Shown here one piece after another: positions 28,845-39,043 of a DNA stretch of 52,903 bases (positions within the stretch are counted from its first letter, which is position 1; every line of letters begins with the position of its first letter). The position numbers were made by a program, and so were the translations under genes. The notes beneath the pieces were generated by a model. It searched no databases. It saw only the letters and a program-made list of their open reading frames with translations, and had not been told where the DNA came from. The stretch is from a virus (taxonomy: Duplodnaviria; Caudoviricetes), in IMG/VR virus record IMGVR_UViG_3300044610_000678, positions 1-52,903 of that record, one strand, 5' to 3'.

Positions 28845-31643
28845 ATGTCTGACCAGAGTTCTTCTTCCCAAAGCCCATATTCTAACTTGCATGCTCCCCT
28901 TGCAACTCTCATCGTTGGGGTAACCGGAAATACAGACCCGATTGGCTATGACGCAGCGATAGTGAATCCTGCACTAGCCGCTCCTTCGATTCAGGCGATC
29001 TACTTGAAGGTTTGGCAGTTTCTTGATTGGGTATTCGGGAGCGAAACCCAATCTCCAATCGGTTTACCATCGTCTCTCTTACCCAAGCTACTCGGTGACC
29101 AATGCCTTGACGATTTATGCTTGGACAAGAACGCTCCGCGTCTTCAAAACCAATGCGAGTTTATCTCCGGAAAGCTTGAAGCCTTCAACGCGTGCTGGAA
29201 GCCCTTGGCGATTCAGAATACACCCGTGGTGCTTCTCAGTTCGATCGCTCCTGGGATCGATACACTGGTAGCCGAGGTGTTCCTCGACTACCAAAAAGCC
29301 AACCCAAGTCGCTCCGTATTTGTTAGGGCCCCACTCCCTTTTCCGAAAGAAATTCTTGAGCAATGCTCCTCGTATGAAAAGGACGAGGACAAAGTAAGGT
29401 TGCGGTCTTTGCTCGTGCGACTACGAGAGCAGGCCGGATGGGATGAAGACCGCGATCTTTTCTGCGTGAAAATAGATAGCGACTGGGAGCCATTGGCACC
29501 GAGAATCTCAGCGAAAGCAGACCCAATTGCGATCGAAGTGACTTGCCAGGCCGAGCAATCCCTAGCTTTGCAGCTTGGCCCTGAGGCTGATCTAAAGTCT
29601 AAACTCAACTACATGGGGGATCAAAAATCGAGGCGAAATCTCCGCTATAGGGCCGCTGGCGAATACATCGCTTCCCTAAGCCACTTGCTGCTAGCGATCT
29701 ACGACCACAATTTCGACCACCGAGGGAATAAGGAAGACGAGTTTAGAAAACCATTGAATCCGTTCGAACCTGGTACTTGGGCCATCGTGGAGGCCAAACG
29801 AAGAGGGTTGTCTTGGGAGCTTTTAGCAACTTCAAACAATTTTTCCTGGGCAGATAACGGCCCTGTTTTGCGTTTAGGCATTAGCCGCACGAAGCGAGCG
29901 ACATCATCCCCTGCAGGCGGGGAATCTCAAACAATCGCAACCTCAGAGCCAGTTTGGGAGTTCCTTCATCCATACGACCTCGAGCCGCACGATACGCATC
30001 TGTCTAAAGGCCAAAGAAACGCGATTTGGAGTGCTAGTGGCGATTTTGTTCTCCGAAGAATCCTGGAACTCCAAGAGACATACAACAAAGAAGCGAAGTC
30101 GAAATGGAAGTCTGGCGATCCGAGGAATGCTGGTGAATCGGAATTGATCGAAATGATTGTTCCAAGGTCGGAGGGAAAGACTCCCGACCTGCGGCGGACG
30201 AAACTTGTGGAACTTCTCGGAGATAAGTGGGAGAAATTGCAATCGCTCGGGCAGGCAGCAAGTGTTCGGCGATGTTCTGGTGACTTGGCAAACAAGGTTT
30301 ACGAGCCGAAGAGATTCAGAATACTCTGGGCTCTTATTCTTCTTGTTTTCGTTGCGGCGTTCAGTCTTGGAATGTTCGAGCACTGGCATCGACTCGACCC
30401 AGATGGGCATTCCTTGCGATGGCACCCCAGCGATGTGCTCATTGCCCTTGCAAGCTACCTTCCCGCAGGAGACTCTCATTCCAATTCCGTCCAGCCCTGG
30501 ATACGGGCTGGTCTACTGGCAGTTAGCATTTTGACGTTATCCGCCTCTGGAATTTGGTTTATCTTCTACAATCGCGCTCGAATCGAGCAGAAACGCTACG
30601 ACTACCGTGCAATCGCCGAAGCACTACGCGTGCAAATTTACTGGTGTGTCGCTGGGCTAAATCGATCCGTTGCACATGACTATATGCAACGGCAAAAAGA
30701 TGAACTCGATTGGATTCGCTATGTGGTTTCGGAAGTCTCGTTTCCATTAGAACGATGGCCGAAATTCTTCTCGCAATTGACAAACCAGCAGCAGAATACT
30801 CTGCTTCGTTACGTCAAGGAGAAGTGGATTGGAGGACAAATTGAAAACTCGACAAAGAAATGTGCAAGCCTGTCTCACAAGCTCCACGTGACTCACGTTC
30901 TTTGCTGGGGTCTTGCTTGGGCAGGCTTGATTCAACTTCCTTTTATGCTGCTTACCGAGATAAGCGTTGACTTTCAGGAATGGCTAAAAACAAATCACTG
31001 GTTGCTGACGAAAATCGCTTTCTTTTCAAGCTCGATCGGTCTGCTGGTTTTGCTGGCTTTCGGAATTGAACTCGCAATTCATTCCATCAAGAGTCTCAAG
31101 CCTTGGGTTCCAAAATGGCTCTCAACGGCATTGCACTGGGTTGACCATAACTTCGGCCAGCACGAAGAACCTATTGCAGAACCCCACTTAGGCCGAAAGA
31201 TCATCTCCAATCTAGTTCACTATTGGCAACTTGCTGGTGTGGCACTCTTCGTTGGTGGGCTCGCATTTGAGATGTCCTATCATCTACCGGAACTAGGAGA
31301 GGCTTTCCCCGACAGATCCAACTGGTGGATTATCAACACAGGCGCGTGCCTTCTTGCTGGAGCTTTGATGCTCGCCTGGCAGGAAAGGCGCTTTTATTCG
31401 GAGGAATATCGCAACTACTGTTCCATGAGAACACTGTACCGATCTGCGAATCGAAGACTCGACTTGCTCTTAAAGGAACTAGAAAGCGCGTCGCACCAAG
31501 GGAGTAACGATTGGACTCGCCAAAGACTCGTTGCCGAAGCACAAGACATTTTCTATCAAGTTGGATGCGAAGCATTGAACGAAAACGCTGAATGGCTGAT
31601 TCTTCACCGAGCAAGACCGCTTGAGCCGTTTATGGCGGGGTAA
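28845..31643 (+). CDS. SLOG-like domain plus SLATT-like multi-pass membrane protein
   Basis: Has LIVGVTGN, VLLSSIAPGIDTLVAE, YRAAGEYIASLSHLLLAIYD, PGTWAIV, transmembrane pairs and RYDYRAIAEALRVQIYW. Confidence 0.7.
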   Translation: MSDQSSSSQSPYSNLHAPLATLIVGVTGNTDPIGYDAAIVNPALAAPSIQAIYLKVWQFLDWVFGSETQSPIGLPSSLLPKLLGDQCLDDLCLDKNAPRLQNQCEFISGKLEAFNACWKPLAIQNTPVVLLSSIAPGIDTLVAEVFLDYQKANPSRSVFVRAPLPFPKEILEQCSSYEKDEDKVRLRSLLVRLREQAGWDEDRDLFCVKIDSDWEPLAPRISAKADPIAIEVTCQAEQSLALQLGPEADLKSKLNYMGDQKSRRNLRYRAAGEYIASLSHLLLAIYDHNFDHRGNKEDEFRKPLNPFEPGTWAIVEAKRRGLSWELLATSNNFSWADNGPVLRLGISRTKRATSSPAGGESQTIATSEPVWEFLHPYDLEPHDTHLSKGQRNAIWSASGDFVLRRILELQETYNKEAKSKWKSGDPRNAGESELIEMIVPRSEGKTPDLRRTKLVELLGDKWEKLQSLGQAASVRRCSGDLANKVYEPKRFRILWALILLVFVAAFSLGMFEHWHRLDPDGHSLRWHPSDVLIALASYLPAGDSHSNSVQPWIRAGLLAVSILTLSASGIWFIFYNRARIEQKRYDYRAIAEALRVQIYWCVAGLNRSVAHDYMQRQKDELDWIRYVVSEVSFPLERWPKFFSQLTNQQQNTLLRYVKEKWIGGQIENSTKKCASLSHKLHVTHVLCWGLAWAGLIQLPFMLLTEISVDFQEWLKTNHWLLTKIAFFSSSIGLLVLLAFGIELAIHSIKSLKPWVPKWLSTALHWVDHNFGQHEEPIAEPHLGRKIISNLVHYWQLAGVALFVGGLAFEMSYHLPELGEAFPDRSNWWIINTGACLLAGALMLAWQERRFYSEEYRNYCSMRTLYRSANRRLDLLLKELESASHQGSNDWTRQRLVAEAQDIFYQVGCEALNENAEWLILHRARPLEPFMAG

Positions 31644-31852
31644 TGACTAATAAGGCACTTGCCTAGGTAACCTCTTTGCATCGGTAGTACAAGTTAGCTC
31701 CCTCCCGAAGAACCTTCGAAAAGGCTATGTCCACTTCCATGAGGGCTTGTCCGATCAGCCATTAACCATAAATTTTTTTATAGGAACGGGATCAAAGTAT
31801 TACCGTAAAATAAGTCGAGAAAACACTCCGATTCCGAAGAACGCTATTCCGA

Positions 31853-33454
31853 CTACGACCCGATCGGGAATTCAGGATGCTGCAAAATAGCTGCTTGCAA
31901 ATCGATCGCTCGGACAATATCGCCTATCGGTGTAAACTCTTCTGGTGTATGACTTAGACCATCAATCGATTTAATAAAAATCATCGACGTAGGAATGCCA
32001 ATCTTGTGAGCGTACATCGCATCATGGCCGGCACCACTAGGTATCTCCTCTGTCTCAATCTTAAGTTCCTCTGCAACAAGCTTAACAAACGATCGCAGCT
32101 TATTGTCAAGTTTCGGAACTGGATCAATATCACCAATAGGGTTTCCAACCTCACACTCAACCTGAAAGTCGGAAACAATGTCCTTGAATTCCCTATCAAT
32201 TCTTGAATTGACCGAGTACAACGCCTTGGAAGAATTGCTTCTTAAATCCATAAAAAATTCGATTTCGGTTAAAGGCTCATTAATATATGAGTCGTCGAGG
32301 CTCAAGACAATCTCGGAATGTGCGGCAAGCGCGTCTTGTCTTAATCCCATTTCCGTTCCGCCAGAATGCGCGGTTTGTCCCCGAGTTTCGAGCCTACTCC
32401 CGAAAGCTGCATCGACGTCGTCGGTTACACACCCGCGTCGCGAAGCTATTTTCCTGGAGCTCTCTAAATCAACCGAAGTGAGCGGCTTAACGAAGTGGGA
32501 AGCACAGTACCCACAAACAGCATTGATTTTATCGGCACCAGCGAAATATCCATGGACTTCACCAACCGTACCAACAATATCCTCTCCGGCGTAGCAATAA
32601 TGTTTGGAGATAAACTCGACTGCAAGAATCATCGCCGCGACCGCCTGGACACGTCGCTTACCACTAACGACGACACTCCTTCTCTTAGGCGCTCTGATAG
32701 ATGTAACAAGTCCCAATTTATCGGATTTCTCGAGTTTCTTTGCTTGCTCAATATGGGTTTCAAAATACGCGATGTAATCCTTGGCGTTCTTACAATCCTG
32801 AACAATATTCCTAATATCACACCCTCTATTTTTTAAAACATCGGAGAGTGTTGAACCACGATTTTGACCATCGGCAAGCGAGTTGATCATTTGATTCGAA
32901 AAAAAACCGAAAGCTGCTTGGCTTCCGAGGCACGCCATTTTGAACCTTGTCGACTCCTCGGCCCGAAAGATTGCAATCTCAACTGGATGTCTCAAGCCTC
33001 CGTTTGCTTCAGCCCTTCTTACGCTCTCTATTGCAACGATAAAACCTACCACTCCATCGTAGTTGCCACCATCAATTACAGTATCTAGGTGAGTACCAAT
33101 CATTACGGCTGGCTTTTCCTTGACCCCTTTCCTTCCAAACAGGTTTCCAAAGCTATCGACACTAACCTCGAAGCCCATCCCCTTGAGAACCGAAACCGCA
33201 TACTTATGAACCCGATCCTCTTGCTCAGTGAATGCTAACCTTGTCCAACCTTTCAACCTTTGCTCACCTCCTAAGGTACCCGGAATAGATCGCAAAAGAC
33301 CAGAGTAATCCAACAATGAGTCCATCTCATCCAAATGGGCAGAAGCCAAGGTCAACCAACCGGGTGAGTCTCCTGGAAATCCTATCGCACCTATCTCACA
33401 CAGATGCCTTAGGATGTGGCTTCTAAGCACCGAATATTCTTCTGTTGGGGTCAA
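31853..33454 (-). CDS. M20-family Zn amidohydrolase (allantoate / N-carbamoyl-amino-acid hydrolase-like)
   Basis: Has TRLAFT, DSFGNLFG, GTHLDTV..GGNYDGVVG, AEESTRF, ETHIEQ, SGAGHDA and GLSHTPEE. A strong RBS (AAGGAGG) precedes the TTG start. Confidence 0.92.
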   Translation of the reverse strand: MTPTEEYSVLRSHILRHLCEIGAIGFPGDSPGWLTLASAHLDEMDSLLDYSGLLRSIPGTLGGEQRLKGWTRLAFTEQEDRVHKYAVSVLKGMGFEVSVDSFGNLFGRKGVKEKPAVMIGTHLDTVIDGGNYDGVVGFIVAIESVRRAEANGGLRHPVEIAIFRAEESTRFKMACLGSQAAFGFFSNQMINSLADGQNRGSTLSDVLKNRGCDIRNIVQDCKNAKDYIAYFETHIEQAKKLEKSDKLGLVTSIRAPKRRSVVVSGKRRVQAVAAMILAVEFISKHYCYAGEDIVGTVGEVHGYFAGADKINAVCGYCASHFVKPLTSVDLESSRKIASRRGCVTDDVDAAFGSRLETRGQTAHSGGTEMGLRQDALAAHSEIVLSLDDSYINEPLTEIEFFMDLRSNSSKALYSVNSRIDREFKDIVSDFQVECEVGNPIGDIDPVPKLDNKLRSFVKLVAEELKIETEEIPSGAGHDAMYAHKIGIPTSMIFIKSIDGLSHTPEEFTPIGDIVRAIDLQAAILQHPEFPIGS

Positions 33455-33654
33455 AATATTCCTCCTTCGAGCTTGTTAGTGGACAATCAAATAATGAGAA
33501 CAGGGGCCGTCAAACTTCCAATGATAACCAAAACTCATGGCTTGTCAAGCAAAACCATCCTCTTAGAAACTCGGGAAATGTAACCTTGGACAAAAAACTG
33601 AAAACGACGTTCACAAATCGCAATAATATCTCCTGTAAACCGCATCAGGGTGTA

Positions 33655-34791
33655 TCAATCATCAAGTTGCGAGTCTTGCCATTTCAAAATACCACGAACA
33701 TAATGAAGGTATCCCAATCGGTTGTCGTTCAGCCCGTCAAGCCAAGACGTCCAGGTATCTATTGTCTTTATTTGCACCTCTGGTGGAAGATTAATTATCG
33801 AATCTTCGCTGGTTTCGTCACCGAGCCTAATAATGATGTATTGCACTCGCATTGGGTTAGGGAACGCTTTGCTGTATTTGTATCTCCATATCTTCTCGCC
33901 TGCTTTCGAAATTTGTTTCGTGAACAACGGTGGGATACTTTTTATCACCTTTAGACCTTTTAATGAATTATCGGGGCCGAGAGTGTACGTGAGAAAATAT
34001 ACTGTGCTATAGTCGTTACGACTTAAGAAAGCGGGAATCTTGGTAAGGATTTCGCTTGTAAGTATATCCCCGTGCCTTCCCCCATGCGTGGACTTCCCAG
34101 GGACGTTATCAGTTGGCTTCGGTGCAAAATTAGGATCCGCGATAATCAAGTCAAACGGACCATCTTGTGCCACGGCGTCAAAAAGATGCCCTCGTCTCCA
34201 ACTAATCTTCTTCGGATCACAATTATTCAAAAAACTATTTTGTGTCGCTGTTAAAATTGCAGCTTCAGAAATGTCCGCTCCAATTATATCGAGATCAGGA
34301 CGCAATTTATGAATACCAATAGCGATTGCGCCCGCGCCTGTGCATAAGTCGAGAACTTTCGCACCTTTAGGTAATACTGCTAAAAACTCGGGTATTTCCT
34401 TTAGGATCTTCAAAGATTCGTCAAGAAACGGCCAAACGGTGTCTCGCTCTGCTGGACCCGAAGAAGAATAAACATTGACGGCATCTGCCTTCTTTACCTC
34501 TTTACCAAAAAAATCGACTGGGAAATCCGAAAAAATGAAAATTTCCTGTCCGTTTTCTAATCCTAAAATATTCAATCTTTGCCTGGGCCTCAGGGATGCA
34601 TTACCTGAAATCTCCACAATCCCTAACTGGAGCAAAGCCTCTGTCAGCATTTCATTCAAAGCATCGATAGGCAGCGAAGAATTCCCCCACCGTCCTAGAA
34701 AGTCTCTCGCAACCTTGGTATCCCCCGAAAGAAGAGGATTTGACAGAATGTCGAAAAGATGCCTTAATGCCTCTGCTTTTTTGTTCACCAT
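33655..34791 (-). CDS. Class I SAM methyltransferase, HemK/PrmC-like
   Basis: Has VLDLCTGAGAIAI, GADIS, GHLFDAV and FDLIIADPNF (an NPPY variant). Confidence 0.85.
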   Translation of the reverse strand: MVNKKAEALRHLFDILSNPLLSGDTKVARDFLGRWGNSSLPIDALNEMLTEALLQLGIVEISGNASLRPRQRLNILGLENGQEIFIFSDFPVDFFGKEVKKADAVNVYSSSGPAERDTVWPFLDESLKILKEIPEFLAVLPKGAKVLDLCTGAGAIAIGIHKLRPDLDIIGADISEAAILTATQNSFLNNCDPKKISWRRGHLFDAVAQDGPFDLIIADPNFAPKPTDNVPGKSTHGGRHGDILTSEILTKIPAFLSRNDYSTVYFLTYTLGPDNSLKGLKVIKSIPPLFTKQISKAGEKIWRYKYSKAFPNPMRVQYIIIRLGDETSEDSIINLPPEVQIKTIDTWTSWLDGLNDNRLGYLHYVRGILKWQDSQLDD

Positions 34792-34805
34792 AAATTTGAA
34801 TCCGT

Positions 34806-37145
34806 CTATGTAAGAATAATTCTTTGATTATTGTTTCTTCCAATCAAAACATAACCTCTATTCGGATCTCTCCCGAGAGTAAAGAATTTGGTTTGCTGAT
34901 CATATGAATTAACTTCGAATTGTTCTTCATCGCTTTTGCCGATAGTAACATAATCGTCTCGATTTTCAACGTAGAAACGCTGTTCGTCTTGCAGTAGCTC
35001 CCTCAAATCATGCAACGTGTGGAAGTTCGCAATCATTATCTCAGGGTCCTCGATAACTTTTTCCAAATTCCACATTGATGTTCCATCTGGATCTGCTATC
35101 ACAAGCAATCCGTCAGGCGATAAAAGGTGCGATAGATGGGTCAGCATTTTATGTTGAGGATTTCGAATTGCCCTAATCGCGCTTCCATTAGGATCCAGCC
35201 GCCAGTTGCTCTTTGGTAAAGAGATGAACTCCTTTATTATCTCTTCGCAATTCAAATTGAATAAAATCGGATCGAGAAACGAAAGGTAAACGCGTTCCTC
35301 CAGGAAACCAGCAAGATTGGAAATAACCCTTGCTTTTGCTTCGTTATAAGACAGTCTCGTCAAGCAGTCCAGGACGTTTTTCCTGAAACCATTGCGCCTT
35401 GATTCGTCCAAAGAGGAAAGGACGTGTGATCGAGCACGTCGATCTATTCTTCTTGTTGTGCCGGTTAGGAACTCACGAAGCGGTTCTCCGTTCGGTACAT
35501 GATGAAACGCATAGGAACAAATGAAAACATCAATCTCACAAGCGGATCTCTCATGTCGAGATTCATTAAAGAGGTCGGCTATGCCGGTTTCCATTGGAGA
35601 ATTCTGAATGAAAGTTTGTTTTGACGGAAGCTTGTTCAAAATGTTACGGCGAAAAAGCTCCGAAAACAAATTCTGTCTTTCACCACTCATTCCTTCGCCA
35701 TGCAACATCGAGTCCATGCTTCTAGCCATGTCAGCAACTATCTCGAATCCCAAATATTCAATATTAAAGTCATTACGTGATTTAATTTGCTCATGGATCT
35801 TCTTTAGCAAAAAGAATATTGTATGCCCACCACCAACCCCTCCCTCAACAATTCTTATTCGTCTGCTGTCCTTCACCTTTTTCGTACCGCGTGAAAATAA
35901 TTTTTCAACCAATCGATTTGCAATCCATTTATTTGAAAATTTCAGATGAGTGTTTGTGTCGCTTGGCTCCTTTGCGATTCGTGCTTGCCACTCTAAACCT
36001 GAAAAATCGCTTTGTGCCGCGAATAACATATCGGAAGGCGTCATCTTACAAGCAGACAGATGGTAGAGCTCTTGCAGGTAGGTTATTGCTGCCGGGACGT
36101 TCTTTTGGCGTAACTCAATAAGGTTCTCTTGCCAATTAAAACCAATCTCTTCCGTGCCCTTCAGCCACACCCTTTGTGCTAAATCAATCTTTCCGCCTAT
36201 TATTTTAATCAAAGAGGGACCAAAATCGGACTGACGATTTACATAGTTTATTTGCCTCCCCCAACCTTCAGGATTATTCGATTGTTGTACGAAAAGGTCG
36301 AAATTGTGTCTTGAAAAAATATTATGCTTCTTGCAGACCTCGAACATGGATTGCTTGCTAATCGAGAGTCTAAGTTGGACCCCATCAGTCAATTGGTTTA
36401 GTGCCGTTTTGCTAACTCCGAGTGTTCCTGCTAATTCATCCGGACTCACTTGACTTGACCTAAGCAGTACGTCTATGATAGCGGCAAAGGCGTGCGGACT
36501 CCACAATTGCTCATCTCTCGTTGTCAAGTAATTTCTTGATTTTAAGTCGTTATCCTTCCACCGAGCTACAATCGTTTGCGATTCGGAACATATCTTGTCG
36601 TGATTTCTTAGGTCTGCATAGTGAGGATAACCGTTATGTTCGCGTAGCATTTCTATGTGAGTTTGAAGATCAAATGTCTCTTTCTCAGATCTTTTCCCTT
36701 CTGCCGTGTTTTCGGTTGTACTATCTTTCGTTTCGCCATTTCTTTGTATTTCTTGTGGTTCAAACTGCGCGATTACTCCGAGTTTCTTATTTAAAAGCAG
36801 TGCGATCCAAGCTTCTAGTTGCGTGTAAGTTAATCGACAAAACATTTCGCCGTTTTTGAATAACTCTTTATCCAATAGATCTTGTCTTACTATAGATCCT
36901 TTTTTTTCTTCGAAGAAATTGTGCCATTCTTTGATTGCTGTATTTATGCGACTTCCTTGATCCACACCAATTACTTGCAAAACAGCATCTACGTCTTCGA
37001 TTTCCTGCCATATATTTATTGGTGCGATGCCAACTGTCGGTAGATATTTCTGTACTCGAACTTCGAAGTTTGAAGCTCTTAGCACTCCTTCGACTTTATT
37101 CCGAAGCTCCTCGATATTTGTTGGCGTTGAAACAAATATTCGCAT
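34806..37145 (-). CDS. DUF4062 (TIR-like) - HTH - class I methyltransferase fusion
   Basis: N-terminal MRIFVSTP...EIEDVDAVLQVIG...YTQLEAWIA; HTH SPDELAGTLGVSKTALNQ; methyltransferase motifs IVEGGVGGG, YLGFEI, DVFICSYAFHHV and LSPDGLLVIAD. Confidence 0.72.
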   Translation of the reverse strand: MRIFVSTPTNIEELRNKVEGVLRASNFEVRVQKYLPTVGIAPINIWQEIEDVDAVLQVIGVDQGSRINTAIKEWHNFFEEKKGSIVRQDLLDKELFKNGEMFCRLTYTQLEAWIALLLNKKLGVIAQFEPQEIQRNGETKDSTTENTAEGKRSEKETFDLQTHIEMLREHNGYPHYADLRNHDKICSESQTIVARWKDNDLKSRNYLTTRDEQLWSPHAFAAIIDVLLRSSQVSPDELAGTLGVSKTALNQLTDGVQLRLSISKQSMFEVCKKHNIFSRHNFDLFVQQSNNPEGWGRQINYVNRQSDFGPSLIKIIGGKIDLAQRVWLKGTEEIGFNWQENLIELRQKNVPAAITYLQELYHLSACKMTPSDMLFAAQSDFSGLEWQARIAKEPSDTNTHLKFSNKWIANRLVEKLFSRGTKKVKDSRRIRIVEGGVGGGHTIFFLLKKIHEQIKSRNDFNIEYLGFEIVADMARSMDSMLHGEGMSGERQNLFSELFRRNILNKLPSKQTFIQNSPMETGIADLFNESRHERSACEIDVFICSYAFHHVPNGEPLREFLTGTTRRIDRRARSHVLSSLDESRRNGFRKNVLDCLTRLSYNEAKARVISNLAGFLEERVYLSFLDPILFNLNCEEIIKEFISLPKSNWRLDPNGSAIRAIRNPQHKMLTHLSHLLSPDGLLVIADPDGTSMWNLEKVIEDPEIMIANFHTLHDLRELLQDEQRFYVENRDDYVTIGKSDEEQFEVNSYDQQTKFFTLGRDPNRGYVLIGRNNNQRIILT

Positions 37146-37380
37146 TCTATCTTCCTAGTAACAGCATTTCTTGTTCGACGTCTAGGGTGGCCTATTTTTC
37201 TCTCGATTTGACCACCGGAAGAATTTACATATCAGCGTGATGAATGGAAAGGCTTTTCCCGGTTTTCGGGCAATTTTCTTCCGAAAAATCGGGGGAAAAT
37301 TAGTGTTGTGCTGCAGATTCGCGTTTTTATCAGCTTTTTCTTACTTGACAAACCCACGAATTTTCCGGTGGGGTACGCAG

Positions 37381-38520
37381 CAAAATCGAACGTATTCCGC
37401 ATGCTGGCGTAGCAATTTTTTTCTACCTGAGCGATTCCATGGGAAGGGACGCCAATTCCTGTATCGTTCTACATCGCTGGTTTCGGGTAATTGTGTCATG
37501 GAGATGCCACCATATTCGCTCGATCGGAATGCTTTCTGGAGAATGGGCTTACGAAAAACGCATCTGCATACGACGACTAGATTTATCAAGGTATCTCCTG
37601 AGATCCTTCGACTTGTGAAACGCGGCGTTGTCGTAGATTTCATGGATCTTAGAGTAGGCTCGCAGTCGCCGACGCAGGTCGTCCAAATGAGCCAAAAACA
37701 TTTCTGATTTTCTGCGTGGTTGTGATTCGCTCACCAATGGAGTTTCCTGTCGCCCATATCAAGGAACAGACAGTTAGAGCTTTTGATTGTTACCTGGAGT
37801 TTTGACTTCCTGCTGAAGACCACGGGCCATCCATTGACATCCAATTTTTGGGTTGAGATTGATGACGACCTCGTCCTATAAAATCGCAATCTCGTTGGTA
37901 GTTAAATGCCCTAAAATCGGCTGTATTGGCCACATTTTCTTGCCTTATATTGCATCCGATGGACCTGCCACTTGTCTAACTCCTCTCTATACGAATCCGA
38001 GGCGACGCATCCACCGACTCACCGTTTCAGCAGTACATGAAGTTTGATCCCGTTCCTTTAGAATTTCAGAAAGAATTTCACATGACCATCGCGCTCGAAA
38101 GTAAGCGAAGTCTCGCGGAGTATACTCAATACCCCTATCGCAAACCGTATCGGTCAGATCCGGATCCAAGCATTGGGGGCAGTGATTCCAATTGCAGATT
38201 CCAGACCGGTTTCTAGGAAGCATCTTTTTACATGCGCAATGCAATCGGAGCCATACAACATGGCATCCAGGATTTGCCGATAGGATGAACCGCGATCTAA
38301 ATGTATCAGGATATGTGAACGACGGGATATCCGAGCACTGGCTCCAAAACGCAAATATTCCAGTGTGTTCCTGCTTTGGGACTCGGTCAAGCAAATAGTT
38401 CCATCCATAGCTTGGCTCCTTATGGGATTGTAGTGATAAGTAGATCCTAAGAACAAAGCGACTTTCATTGGAAGAGCAGATCAATACCCTAGCGCACCAG
38501 AAAACTCACGCAGCTATTTA
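37381..38520 (-). mobile_element. Degenerate IS630-family element
   Basis: Frameshifted fragments RRSHILIHLDRGSSYRQI, PRDFAYFRARWSCEIL...AETVSRWMRRLGFV and IYDNAAFHKS. One end reads TAAATAGCTGCG on the minus strand at 38520; the other end is approximate. Confidence 0.75.
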
Positions 38521-39043
38521 GATAGATAAATACCTCCCAGTGTATCATATGATTGGATAGCGTTTTCAGAAGTACTTAGTGAAGCAATCAGCTTTGGCTT
38601 ACCGTATCGCTCGACATCCACCCATCCCTCGGCATCGGAGACGCAAGGACCGAGTGTTGAAAACATCAGTTCGATCAATCGGAATTTCCTACAGCGATAC
38701 ACCCGTGGAGCGTTAACATTTACAAAGTGATTGTTGTTTTTTGACACTACCGTTGATGCCATAGCCGATGTCCGTCGCGAAAATCCAGTAAGACTCCATT
38801 TCCTCTGAATAGGAGTGCCATCAAGCGTCAGCCTTTGCAAGACTCGGAACGATCAAACGCGGGTCCTTCCGGCTTTTGAGTGGGTAAACAAAAACCATTA
38901 AACCACCCTTAAGAGGAGGCTGTTGGGTAGTTTGGCTGAATTGTGGGGCTTTTCAAGCTCAGGCGGTCCGGCTTTGGGCCCTTCGGGGGGAAGGGACCCA
39001 CGCTAAACCCTGATGGACCCAAACGCGACACGCGATTGCCCTG
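38521..39043 (-). mobile_element. ISAs1-family remnant (5' part)
   Basis: Fragment LIELMF...VSDAEGWVDVERYGK...ENAIQSYDTL, and a terminal CAGGGCAATCGC on the minus strand at 39043. Confidence 0.68.

Noticed and set aside
33445-33954. 169-aa plus-strand ORF
   Set aside because: It is antisense to the methyltransferase and amidohydrolase genes and has no recognisable motif.
37237-38484. Several 60-165 aa ORFs as separate genes
   Set aside because: They are frameshifted pieces or antisense shadows of the IS630 transposase relic.
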